Part shown: positions 54,702 to 64,000 of the stretch, piece by piece
Numbering within the stretch: position 1 is the stretch's first letter
Layout of the letters: each line of letters begins with the position of its first letter
Assembly (NCBI GenBank): GCA_963722385.1
Contig: CAVRKK010000002.1
Span: 448,001 to 512,000 of the forward strand
Reading direction: 5' to 3'
Source: an uncultured bacterium
Lineage (GTDB): Bacteria; Babelota; Babeliae; Babelales; Babelaceae
DNA length: 64,000 bases
Notes under the pieces: model-generated
What the model was told of the DNA's origin: nothing
Seen by the model: the letters and a program-made list of their open reading frames with translations, nothing else
The model's database searches: none
Program-made: the position numbers and the translations under genes

Positions 54702-54739
54702 AAATAGTGGACAAGCATATGGACTTATCAAAAAAGCAG

Positions 54740-55252
54740 TCAATGACAGGCTTTTAAAGCGCATTCGGCGGCATCCACGATAAGCTTATTGACTAAGGCA
54801 GGATCTTCACTAAAAGACTCCAGCACATAATCGGAGACATCTTCTTTGTGCTCGGGGCGACCTATGCCGCAGCGAATTCGGTGAAAGTCAGGCCCACAAG
54901 CGGCTATGATCGACTTGAGCCCATTGTGCCCGCGAGCGCTACCTCCCGTTTTAAAAGTTACTTTACCGAAAGGAAGCTCAAGCTCATCATGCACAACAAG
55001 AATTTCCGCTGGGCGAATATGGCGACCAAGCGAGCCCAAAACGGCACCTGAGGCATTCATAAATGTTTGAGGCTTGATGAGCATAATATCGTGGCCAAAG
55101 GGACTTATGCATGCCGCTTCGCGATTTGCATGCATCCGCCAGTGACCCTGGTATCCATCAGCTAGATGATCAACAACACGAAACCCGATATTATGCCTCG
55201 TATAATAATAGCGGGCGCCAGGATTGCCCAAGCCTATAATAATCTTGATCAT
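54740..55252 (-). CDS. pth: Peptidyl-tRNA hydrolase
   Basis: GLGNPG..TRHNIGF; KPQTFMNASG; VVHDEL; GHNGLKS. Confidence 0.97.
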   Translation of the reverse strand: MIKIIIGLGNPGARYYYTRHNIGFRVVDHLADGYQGHWRMHANREAACISPFGHDIMLIKPQTFMNASGAVLGSLGRHIRPAEILVVHDELELPFGKVTFKTGGSARGHNGLKSIIAACGPDFHRIRCGIGRPEHKEDVSDYVLESFSEDPALVNKLIVDAAECALKACH

Positions 55253-55264
55253 AGCTCTTACTCA

Positions 55265-55294
55265 AAGAAGGCCCAGCGGTTGCTGGGCCTTCTT
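55265..55294 (-). terminator. Intrinsic terminator after skp
   Basis: AAGAAGGCCCAGC-GGTT-GCTGGGCCTTCTT perfect stem. Confidence 0.75.
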
Positions 55295-55317
55295 ATATGA
55301 TACTAATAAAACAACCA

Positions 55318-56004
55318 TTACTTCTTGGCAGCTGCTGTTTTTGCTGCTTCAGAAGCCGGCTTTGCTTCAACCGCCTTTGCTTTTTTTGCGTGTGCTTCAT
55401 CGTACTCTTTATTAAGCAGCGCAATCAAATCATCAGTAACATCAACGTTTTCACGTACATAAACAGCGCCAGCATAGAGAATAAGATCAAACTCTTTGCC
55501 TGGGCGCACCGCAAGATCTTTTGCCGCTTTTTCGACTTTTGCAAAAATTTCGCGTTGAAGCATGCCAAGTGCCTGCTCGCGGTCAGCGTTCAATGCTTCG
55601 ACGTCAGCTGCCAAATCACGGCTTCGCTTGCCAAGTTGCCTGTCTTGTTCCTGACGAGCTTTTTCATCCATCAACTTGCTCTTGCGCACCAGCTCAGCCT
55701 CATCGTCCTTAATTTTTTGATGAACAGCCGCTAATTTGGCATAGCGTCCTTCCATATCAGATTGAAGCTCTTTGACGCGGTCTCGCCATTCGTGATACGA
55801 AGCCTGACTCAAATCAGGCGTGATAATTTTCTCAACACGAATATACCCAATTTTGCTGGCGTTTTTTGGCATACCAGGCACTACCACTTGAGCGGCTGGC
55901 TGCGGTAAAATCTGCTTGCTATCGGCAGCTGCACGAGCAGAGCAGGCAAAAAGTATGACACCGAATCCTGCGAGCACATTTTTTATCATCATGCTGTTTT
56001 TCAT
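55318..56004 (-). CDS. skp: OmpH/Skp periplasmic chaperone
   Basis: Signal peptide; KIGYI; coiled coil; FDLIL..AVYV..VDVTDDLIALLN. Confidence 0.85.
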   Translation of the reverse strand: MKNSMMIKNVLAGFGVILFACSARAAADSKQILPQPAAQVVVPGMPKNASKIGYIRVEKIITPDLSQASYHEWRDRVKELQSDMEGRYAKLAAVHQKIKDDEAELVRKSKLMDEKARQEQDRQLGKRSRDLAADVEALNADREQALGMLQREIFAKVEKAAKDLAVRPGKEFDLILYAGAVYVRENVDVTDDLIALLNKEYDEAHAKKAKAVEAKPASEAAKTAAAKK

Positions 56005-56100
56005 AAAAGCCACTCCTTGCTCATAAAAATAATTAATTACACTAAAAGTACCCGGATTTAGCCCAGGAGTCAAACAGAGAATAGACCAATATTCGCAATA

Positions 56101-58752
56101 TCAGGTCTCTCGATAAAGCAACCGCACGAAGCGCTTGCGCAGTTCTTCAATCAGAATAATCGATGAGGCAAGGCCGAGCACACTCAGCCACTGAACCAGC
56201 GTCAAGGGCACCGTTTTAAAGAGCCCTTGCAAAAAAGGTACATAAATAACCGCCACTTGCAAAGCAAACACAAGCGCCGTAGCACCAATCAGCCACCGAT
56301 TGGCAAAAATTCCCCGCTCAAGAATCGATTCTTTCTCTGAGCGGCAGTTCCATGCATTAAACCATTGGAACATAGCGAGCGTCAAGAGAACCATCGTTCG
56401 CGCAACAGCAAGATCAACTCTATACCAGCTATAAAATACAAAAAGAGACCCCGCCGTCATAACCAGAGCATCAAGCGCAACCTTGGTTATTAAAGAAGGA
56501 TCGAATAGCCGCCTATATGCCGTGCGCTTTTCAAGAAGCTTTTTCTCATAGGGCTCTTGAGCAAGCGCAATATCCAAAAAACCGTCAGTCACCACGTTCA
56601 ACCATAAGATCTGCGCAGCTCCCAAGGGCAGGGGCATTCTCATCATAAATGCATAAACGACAAGAGCAACCTCACTAAGGTTCGTTGAAAAGAAATACCA
56701 AATTACACGCCTCAGCGTTGCAAAAATATGTCGCCCTTCCCGCAAGCCAGAAACGATGCTTAAAAAGCTGTCATCAAGTAAAATTATATCAGCGGCCTCT
56801 TTGGCAACATCGGTTCCGATAAGGCCCATCGCAATACCAACATCAGCAGCAACAAGGGAAGGAACATCATTAACGCCATCACCCGTCATCGCCACCATTT
56901 TTCCGCGCTTGTGCAAAAGATTGACAATTTTGAGCTTGTCTTCAGGTGTTACGCGCGCAAATACTTTTATCCGATCAAGGTCAAGAAGCTCAAGCTGCTC
57001 AGGGCTCAACAGGCTAAGCTCCTGGCCATCCATACTTCCATCTGACCCAATCAAGATACCCGTTTGCCGAGCAATATGTACTGCCGTAGCCTTATGGTCA
57101 CCCGTTGCCATAATCACGTCAACGCCCGCTTCACGCGTTTTAAGGATCACGTCGCGCACCTCTGCACGTAGAGCATCCTGAATACCCACAAGGCCAAGCA
57201 CATCAAATCGCCCTTTATGTGCTTGATAATACGCCAGCCAATCGTTCGTCTCAGCCTGCTGTGCATGCCGGTAGTACGCAAAAGCAACGGTACGTAATCC
57301 TTGTGCAAGAAAACGATCAAGTGCTTCCCGCGCCTCGACAGGCACTTGCTTACAAATCGCAAATACAGCTTCAGCAGCTCCTGCAACCAGTATAACAAGC
57401 TCGTTTTCGTGCTCAAAAAATCCGATGTGAAGCCTCGTGGTAAAATCAAAAGGGATATCGTGCAACCGAGCATAGCCCTTGCCCGATGCGCCAAGCTTGC
57501 GCGCGAATACTCCCAAAGCAGCTTCTGTCGGCTCTCCCTTGACCTGATAAGTCTTCGTTGCTTCAAGGTATTTTATCTCAGAGTTATCGAGTAGTGACGC
57601 TGCGTCAGCCAAAGCCTTAAGAACAGGATAGCTGCTCGCATCTATAACCTGCCCATGGTGCGTGACATGTCCAGCAACTTGATACCCCTCCCCCGATACG
57701 GTGTAGGTTTCGTCGCCGGTGTACACTGCCCGCACAACCATCTCATTGAGCGTCAGCGTTCCTGTCTTGTCAATAACGATGACATCAACACGCCCAAGCG
57801 CTTCCGTTGCGTCGAGCCGCTTAACTAAGACATGCTGACGCGCTAAGCGGCGAGCTCCCGCTACGAGAGTAAGCGCAAACACAACCGGCAAGCCCTCAGG
57901 AACCATGCCAATAAACATTGCAATCAATAAGGAGAAAAGTTCTTTGAGCGAATGCCCTGTTGCCAGACCAACCACCAGCAATACACTACAAAGAATGAGC
58001 GCTACCATGACAATCAGGTGAGACAAGCGGCTGAGCTCGCGCTGTAACGGGCTCGGGGTAGCGCTTTCTTGGGCAGCTACCTGAATCTTACCAATCTGTG
58101 TTTGTGTACCAATAGCAGCCACGACCGCATAGGCTTGCCCTGCCGTAATGGTCGTTGATTTAAACAGCATATTCTGCTGCTCAAAAAGAGACTTTTGGCC
58201 ATTACGTAAAGCGTCTTCGTTCTTCCCTATCGGCGTAGATTCACCGGTAAGCACTGATTCGTTAACACGCAGGTTCTGAGATTTTATGATACGCGCATCA
58301 GCGGGCACCTGATCGCCAGCCTGCAAGAAAATTAAATCACCCGGTACGAGCTCGGTAGCATCAATGATCATCTTCTGGCCTCGAATGACCAGGACTGAAA
58401 CATTGATCAAGCTTTTTAATCGCTCAAGAGTTCGTTGCGCATTTTTTTCATGAAGCGTTCCCATACAAGCATTAAATAAGACGACAATAAGCGTGACGAT
58501 AGCATCGCTATAGCTCCCTATTGCCATAATAATAGCTGCGGCGATCAATAAAAAATAAATGAGAGGATCGGCGAATTGCCTTACGAAAATCTGAACAAGC
58601 GTGCGCCGCTTTGCTTCAGGCACTTTGTTAAGGCCATAGATAGCACGTCGGTGATCCACTTGTTCGGCAGTAAGACCCGTCTGATCATCAGTGTTCAAAA
58701 AATTAACGACCTCATGGGGCGTCATCTCGTAGATGTTTACCATACTCATCAA
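56101..58752 (-). CDS. Cation-transporting P-type ATPase (type IIA, Ca2+-like)
   Basis: LTGES, PEGL, DKTGTLT, TGDH, GDGVND, ILWLNVVTDG. Confidence 0.95.
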   Translation of the reverse strand: MMSMVNIYEMTPHEVVNFLNTDDQTGLTAEQVDHRRAIYGLNKVPEAKRRTLVQIFVRQFADPLIYFLLIAAAIIMAIGSYSDAIVTLIVVLFNACMGTLHEKNAQRTLERLKSLINVSVLVIRGQKMIIDATELVPGDLIFLQAGDQVPADARIIKSQNLRVNESVLTGESTPIGKNEDALRNGQKSLFEQQNMLFKSTTITAGQAYAVVAAIGTQTQIGKIQVAAQESATPSPLQRELSRLSHLIVMVALILCSVLLVVGLATGHSLKELFSLLIAMFIGMVPEGLPVVFALTLVAGARRLARQHVLVKRLDATEALGRVDVIVIDKTGTLTLNEMVVRAVYTGDETYTVSGEGYQVAGHVTHHGQVIDASSYPVLKALADAASLLDNSEIKYLEATKTYQVKGEPTEAALGVFARKLGASGKGYARLHDIPFDFTTRLHIGFFEHENELVILVAGAAEAVFAICKQVPVEAREALDRFLAQGLRTVAFAYYRHAQQAETNDWLAYYQAHKGRFDVLGLVGIQDALRAEVRDVILKTREAGVDVIMATGDHKATAVHIARQTGILIGSDGSMDGQELSLLSPEQLELLDLDRIKVFARVTPEDKLKIVNLLHKRGKMVAMTGDGVNDVPSLVAADVGIAMGLIGTDVAKEAADIILLDDSFLSIVSGLREGRHIFATLRRVIWYFFSTNLSEVALVVYAFMMRMPLPLGAAQILWLNVVTDGFLDIALAQEPYEKKLLEKRTAYRRLFDPSLITKVALDALVMTAGSLFVFYSWYRVDLAVARTMVLLTLAMFQWFNAWNCRSEKESILERGIFANRWLIGATALVFALQVAVIYVPFLQGLFKTVPLTLVQWLSVLGLASSIILIEELRKRFVRLLYRET

Positions 58753-59531
58753 GCATTGTCAGGTATTTCTTGATCAGGGTGAACTTTTTGGCCCGCTAGA
58801 TTTTCCATCTTTACAAAACCTAAAGCACTTTGGGCATGGTCAAATTCAAACTCTGATACACCGCAATTTGGAATAGGATGATGGGGACAACCAAGGCTCA
58901 TAATAATAGTGTCAATAACACCGGAGTGCGTTACTACAACAACGGTTTGTCCTGGATTATCGCGAGCAATTTTGTGCAGACATGGCATGACGCGCTTTAA
59001 AAGGTCGTGCTTGGTCTCGCCTTCAGGCCAATCAGGAAAGTGCCAACGACTCTCAAGATCTGGATAAGCTTTATCGAGCTGATCTTTCCACGGCCGATAC
59101 CATTTTTTCCGCACTTCATACGACATTCCTTCAACCGCACCAGAGGAAAGTTCTCCCAGATCTGCCAATGCTGTTACCTTTTTACCTAGAGCTGACCCCA
59201 CTTTTTGAGCGGTTATGAATGCTCGCTGCAAATCGGAACTGTAGATATTTGCGATGACGCGCCCTTTCAAGCGATGAGCAAGAGCTTCTGCCTCGAGCAG
59301 TCCTTCATCATTAAGCGGGACGTCCACCTGGCCATGTACGATTTTTTGCTTATTCCAGGCTGTCTGGCCATGACGGACAAGCAAAAGCACCGTTTTTTCG
59401 CAAACGTGAGAACGGCGAGCACTATTAACTGAGGGGGGAGCGATTGGTTTAGAGCACAGTGGCTCATAGGCCACCGCGATGGTGGATGCGGCGATTGCCA
59501 CGAAAGCACCTAATTTTAAGGGGAAGTTCAT
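58749..59531 (-). CDS. Histidine phosphatase (phosphoglycerate mutase family), secreted
   Basis: LVRHGQT; YSSDLQRA; VVTHSG; signal peptide. Confidence 0.9.
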   Translation of the reverse strand: MNFPLKLGAFVAIAASTIAVAYEPLCSKPIAPPSVNSARRSHVCEKTVLLLVRHGQTAWNKQKIVHGQVDVPLNDEGLLEAEALAHRLKGRVIANIYSSDLQRAFITAQKVGSALGKKVTALADLGELSSGAVEGMSYEVRKKWYRPWKDQLDKAYPDLESRWHFPDWPEGETKHDLLKRVMPCLHKIARDNPGQTVVVVTHSGVIDTIIMSLGCPHHPIPNCGVSEFEFDHAQSALGFVKMENLAGQKVHPDQEIPDNA

Positions 59532-59969
59532 AAGCGGTTCCTTTATTAATAAAAAAAATAGCCTTCGCTGAACACTTAAGTATCACGTTTGATCACTTTT
59601 TTGCTCAGCGAAGTCTTTATTACGGTTGCAGCTTATCACATCATACAGATTTGTCAAAACGACCGCTCTTTTAGGGCGACCAAGCCTACGCCCTTTTAGG
59701 CGACAAATCCAGCCTGCCAAAAACAACCTCTTCTGTATTGATTACAGTCCAATTACTCCACGTTCGGCAAACCCGGCGATCTGTCTCAGTATATCTGGGC
59801 GCAATTAACTTCCTGAGAATGCGGCCTCTTGTGCGTCAGGTGCTAAGTTCAAACCGTGCAAATGTCAATGCCAAATGGAGGCTGGGAGCGTTGCACAACC
59901 CCTGTACGATTATCTGCCATTTTCTCCAAAACCTACCCCTGCCGTAATTCTTGAAAAAGCTCGCAAACC

Positions 59970-60005
59970 GTGGGAGTATGGCACCCCTCAGCGTCATACT
60001 CCCAC
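59970..60005 (-). terminator. Stem-loop 3' of the protease gene
   Basis: GTGGGAGTATG(G)C..G(T)CATACTCCCAC just past the 60024 stop. Confidence 0.5.
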
Positions 60006-60023
60006 CCGCATATTTATTCCATG

Positions 60024-62303
60024 CTACTTCCAGAAAGTCAGCTTCCAGAACAGTTCAGAACTCCAAAGAATATTGAACAAAACTCTTATGTCGCTGAGGT
60101 GAAAAGGAGCAATACGCCCCTCAGGGGCTGGCAAGTAACAGATTCGCACATCGTCCGCGATGACCTTAGCTCCTTTTAACATATACGGATAGATCATCTT
60201 GCTCCAAAACGCATCCTTCAACATTTTTGCGCCTTCTTTGCTGCAAATCCCCGCGCTCGTCAGCCTTACCATTTGGTATACTATATTGGTTACCACCAAT
60301 CTCAAAAGAGCATATTTACTACGTGATAGTCTCGCTCCTATATCATTTACCAATGATTGGAATAGTGTCTCTGCCACGATATCAGCGCTTATTTGCTTAC
60401 TCGCAAGTGTTTTCTTGCCAGTGGCGCCTTCCTTGCTCGCCGCGTTCTGCTGTTTCTTGTCTTTCTCTCGAGCAGAATTCTCTTGGCTTAGCGTGTCCCC
60501 AAAGACCGAGGAACTACCGCTATTCATTACTTGAGCATGCTCATTGGGTACTAGCCCACAATCACCATAGGTTTCGGATTCTGCAAATCCCTTTTCCTTC
60601 TCTTCGGTGAACATCCCATTTCTTCCTAAGATGAAACAATCATCAGCAGGTTTCTTGACTGCGGCTGGAATTTCATTGGGGCTCACACTATTTATTATTC
60701 GCGCATGCTCCTTGCGCAACTCTTGCGCTGATATCTCGGTGTTATTACGAACGGGGAGGTCTCTCGCACGATTAACGAGGTTATCAACCAACCAAGCGCC
60801 ACAATCAGCATACCAAGCTTGTTGTTGTTGCGTATGCAACAACCAAGCGCCACAATCAGCAAAAGCTGGTTGGTGCGTATGCAGCAAGCGGCTCGTAATC
60901 TGTATTCCTTGAATGCAGGCAACATCAGCGATTATAGCGTCTATATCCTTGAGCGTTGTATAGAGTTCATCATCGAGCAATGCCTTGAGATCCGTATCTT
61001 CATCAGGCACCCTCCAGGAATCTAGGTACTCAACAACATACCCACCATCGTCCCCACGGCGAATAACAAGCCCTATCCAATAGTAGCCTGTTGGTCTATT
61101 CCCATAATCGACTATTTCTCGTGTTTTGTTAACAGGAATTACGGTAGGAACAGCAGCAGTAAATGCCCATATTAACTGGTCGACAAAAGTGTTTCTAGCT
61201 TGTTCTTGCATGCTTCCTTGAATTAAGGGGCTTGCAGCAGCCAACACTTGCGCCTGAAATTCACCGTCGCTTTCTTCCAAGTAATAGCGCAACAAACGGT
61301 CAATGTCATAATCTTCATAAGAATACTCAGCATCAGTAAGATCACGGATTTGGGATGTGGATATCAAAGAAGAGTCGTCTGTTGCTTGCACTCCTTGGGG
61401 CAAGTTCCCACCATTATTCGCTATGACATCGCCGGCAGGTGTTTTTGTGGCGACTGTAACTTCATTAGGCTCTCCCTTATTCTCTTCGCTTTTTATTTGC
61501 CCCGAAGAACTACCGTTATTCATTACTTGAGCGTGCTCATTACGTAACTTTTGCCCTGATGTCTCGGTGTTATTGCGTACGGGGCGGTTGCGAGCACGGT
61601 TAACGAGGTTATCAACCAACCAAACCCCACAATCAACATCCCCTGCTTGTTGGCGCGTATGCAACACTCTACTTGTAATCTGTATTCCTCGGGCATGTGC
61701 AAAATCAGCGATTATCGCGTCTATATCCTTGTGTGCCGCATAATGTCCATCATCAAGTAATTCCTTGAGATCCATATCTTTATCGGGTGCAACCGAGGAA
61801 TCTAAGTACTCAACAACATACCCACCATCGTCCCCACGGCGAATAACAAGCCCTATCCAATGGATGCCTCCTCGTGTTCCGCTATTCCCATAACCACCAA
61901 CACTTGCTCGTGTTATATTAACAGGAATTACGGTAACATCAGCTGTAAATGCCCATGTTAACTGGTCGGCAAAAGTTTCTTTCGCTCCCTCTTGCATGCT
62001 TCCTTGAATTAAGGGGCTCGCAGCAGCCAACACTTGCGCCTGAAATTCACCGTCGCCTGCTTCCAAGTAATAGCGCAACAAACGGTCAATTTCGTTATCT
62101 TCATAAGAGTACTCAGCATCAGTAAGATCACGGGTTTGGGATATGAAAGAAGAGGCTCCTCCCGTGCGCTGCTCAATGGTGTTTTTGATTTCCTCTGGAG
62201 CTTTTTCCTGTTCTTTATCATCTTTCTCCATAGCACGGAGTGCCCCCGATGATACAAGCACTATACCGCACAAAATGGATGCAAAAATCAGTTTTCTTTT
62301 CAC
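60024..62303 (-). CDS. Secreted protein with two tandem Ulp1/CE-clan cysteine protease-like domains
   Basis: GIHWIGLVI..EYLDS..QQAGDVDCGVWL in domain 1; near-identical domain 2 about 260 aa later; signal ..GALRA-MEK. Confidence 0.8.
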   Translation of the reverse strand: MKRKLIFASILCGIVLVSSGALRAMEKDDKEQEKAPEEIKNTIEQRTGGASSFISQTRDLTDAEYSYEDNEIDRLLRYYLEAGDGEFQAQVLAAASPLIQGSMQEGAKETFADQLTWAFTADVTVIPVNITRASVGGYGNSGTRGGIHWIGLVIRRGDDGGYVVEYLDSSVAPDKDMDLKELLDDGHYAAHKDIDAIIADFAHARGIQITSRVLHTRQQAGDVDCGVWLVDNLVNRARNRPVRNNTETSGQKLRNEHAQVMNNGSSSGQIKSEENKGEPNEVTVATKTPAGDVIANNGGNLPQGVQATDDSSLISTSQIRDLTDAEYSYEDYDIDRLLRYYLEESDGEFQAQVLAAASPLIQGSMQEQARNTFVDQLIWAFTAAVPTVIPVNKTREIVDYGNRPTGYYWIGLVIRRGDDGGYVVEYLDSWRVPDEDTDLKALLDDELYTTLKDIDAIIADVACIQGIQITSRLLHTHQPAFADCGAWLLHTQQQQAWYADCGAWLVDNLVNRARDLPVRNNTEISAQELRKEHARIINSVSPNEIPAAVKKPADDCFILGRNGMFTEEKEKGFAESETYGDCGLVPNEHAQVMNSGSSSVFGDTLSQENSAREKDKKQQNAASKEGATGKKTLASKQISADIVAETLFQSLVNDIGARLSRSKYALLRLVVTNIVYQMVRLTSAGICSKEGAKMLKDAFWSKMIYPYMLKGAKVIADDVRICYLPAPEGRIAPFHLSDIRVLFNILWSSELFWKLTFWK

Positions 62304-62584
62304 GAAATGTAGCCCTTTCTTAAATCACTTTAGTAATAATTATATAATTAAAAACAATAACGCAATTTAAAGAAAAGTCTATATTTTTACAAAATTTCTA
62401 TATAAAACGATTTCCCCAAAAGATACGGGGCGATGTATCAGCTACGTGTAGCCTATAGCGAAATTCTTTAAGTGATGCACGAATATGGCATTATAGCTTT
62501 GTGCTGAGATCAAAATGCTCGGCATAGTGAGCATGGCCTAATGCATTACGCTATACCTAGCTCTAGCCTTCACTGAACTTTTGT

Positions 62585-63154
62585 TTACATCTCTTGTGCT
62601 TGTTCGTTGTCGAGAAACCGCTTAAGCTCTTTTAAAGCTTTAATACGTTGATTCCAATGTAGTTTTTCGTTATAGGACATCTCAGCATAGGTTTTTAAGC
62701 AGTTATCTGGCTGGAATGTGGCTGCCCAGCCAAAGCCAAGCTCCCCGCGCGGCTCAACGATTCTGCCACCGGTGGAACCTTTAAAATAATTAACCTCGCC
62801 GCCGCTTCTTACGTAAGCGACAATGGTCTCGGCCTGCGCAGCACCGTTGCCCATGCAGCAGGCAAGCTTATAAAGGCCTGCTACCTCAAGCTCGGCAAGA
62901 AACCATTTGACAAGCGGGCCGGGCAAGCGATTAAGCCCATCAATATAGAGCGATGTGTCCTCGAGCATGAAATTTTTAAACCCATGCTTGATCGCTTGGT
63001 CAACCTTAAACTGAATGATTTTAAAAGCATCTACCTCTTGAATTTCTTCAAGATCAAGAGCGGCTTGTTCAACAACAAGCTCCTCGCTGCTCAGGAATCG
63101 TTTGATTTCCTCAAATTTTCCCTGATTGCTCGTAACAACTGAAAGTATTTTCAT
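62585..63154 (-). CDS. Non-canonical purine NTP pyrophosphatase (Ham1/ITPase family)
   Basis: VTSNQGKFEE; LEEIQ; EDTSL; LPGPLVKWF; GFGW..F.P..KTYAEM. Confidence 0.9.
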   Translation of the reverse strand: MKILSVVTSNQGKFEEIKRFLSSEELVVEQAALDLEEIQEVDAFKIIQFKVDQAIKHGFKNFMLEDTSLYIDGLNRLPGPLVKWFLAELEVAGLYKLACCMGNGAAQAETIVAYVRSGGEVNYFKGSTGGRIVEPRGELGFGWAATFQPDNCLKTYAEMSYNEKLHWNQRIKALKELKRFLDNEQAQEM

Positions 63155-63185
63155 GATAAAGAAATAAATAGGGGATTAGAAAAAA

Positions 63186-63542
63186 TGGTGGAGGCGATGG
63201 GAGTCGAACCCATGTCCGTCATATCGCAACCCTCAAGCACTCCATGTTCAGTCTTTGCTTATACTTCGCGTACCCTCCAAAGACAAAGATTATACGCAAA
63301 TGTTCGTTTCGTATATTGTCAAGCTACTCAACGAAGAAGCCTTACTTGACAGTCCCATCTTGTTTATACGTGCTAGCCCAATTGGTGGGCACATCAAGCT
63401 AGCAAGCGCTCATTGCCCTTAGGCAAAAGCTGGACGAGTTGTTTCGCCGTTTATTGTTTTCGATTCTTTTTTAACGAGCACTGAATCAAAGCTCGACATG
63501 CACTCAAAGATCTTAATACCACGTCGAAGCCATTACGCCCCC
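63186..63542 (-). ncRNA. ssrA: tmRNA
   Basis: 5' GGGGGCGTAATGGCTTCGAC; 3' GGGTTCGACTCCCATCGCCTCCACCA; G3-U acceptor pair; directly downstream of smpB; tag frame 63419-63448 reads GETTRPAFA*. Confidence 0.95.
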
Positions 63543-63602
63543 GGTATCTCAATAATTAGTAATTTCAATATACCCCAATCGAGCCAATTTGTCAATATTT
63601 GC

Positions 63603-64000
63603 CTAGTATCGATACTTATCCTTGAGCTCGCGCCTGGTCTCACGCTGAATATCGCGCTCCTTGATCTCGGCCTTCCGGTCATGGGCCTTTTTATGCTTAC
63701 CGATTCCCAGTTCAACCTTAACATACCCCTTTTTATTCAGATAAATCTTCAGTGGCACGAGGGTAACGCCTTTGCGCGAAATTTCTCCCACGAGACGGTT
63801 CAGCTCGCGCCCATGCACTAAGAGCTTGCGAGTACGATTTGATTCCTCAGGCTTCTGGTACGCATTGGCGTAAGCACTGATATGGGCATTCACCAGATAC
63901 AGCTCACCCTCGCGAACGTGAGCAAACGCACCGGTCAAATTCATCTGGCCGGCACGTATCGATTTGACCTCGTCCCCCGTTAGCACAATCCCCGCTTCGA
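63603..64000 (-). CDS. smpB: SsrA-binding protein SmpB (5' part outside window)
   Basis: EAGIVLTGDEVKSIRAG..RTRKLL..LVPLKIY..GKHKKAHDRK. Confidence 0.97.
   Translation of the reverse strand, partial: EAGIVLTGDEVKSIRAGQMNLTGAFAHVREGELYLVNAHISAYANAYQKPEESNRTRKLLVHGRELNRLVGEISRKGVTLVPLKIYLNKKGYVKVELGIGKHKKAHDRKAEIKERDIQRETRRELKDKYRY

Noticed and set aside
59540..59720. Riboswitch upstream of the phosphatase/P-type ATPase operon
   Set aside because: An inverted repeat (CTTCGCTGA..TCAGCGAAG) and short direct repeats (CTTTTAGG(G)CGAC) are present, but I recognised no yybP-ykoY or other consensus.
60024..63186. Prophage or integrative island at ssrA
   Set aside because: No integrase and no duplicated ssrA 3' end were seen in the window.

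Overview
This is a bacterial genome segment whose gene content fits an intracellular parasite of protists, most likely Candidatus Dependentiae/Babeliae (TM6); this assignment is inferred from gene content only. Housekeeping blocks: a partial PLD-family nuclease, an MscK-like channel, recO-like, alr, trmH, an MCE/MlaD protein, type II secretion gspF-G-H-I-J-K, efp-nusB, pth, skp, a P-type ATPase, an ITPase, and smpB with tmRNA. These alternate with AT-richer accessory regions (~3.9-10.3 kb, ~25.6-53.5 kb, ~60-62.5 kb). The accessory regions hold signal-peptide ankyrin proteins, beta-propeller membrane proteins, a Hint-domain polymorphic toxin with immunity genes, toxin-antitoxin modules, AAA+/DUF4143 ATPases, a collagen-like protein, an intact ISAs1, IS982 and tnpB remnants, and several pseudogenes. 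The most notable observations are: (1) a ~420-450 bp modular hairpin-rich intergenic element in three copies with compensatory base changes; (2) an effector-like family sharing a signal peptide followed by [AG]-M-E, several ending in an F-box-like motif; (3) a secreted tandem Ulp1/CE-clan protease with one intact and one His-to-Tyr domain; (4) a Hint toxin locus with a Hint-less duplicate; (5) a 48-aa peptide ending CCSC that the ORF track misses. No CRISPR array, rRNA or tRNA was seen.
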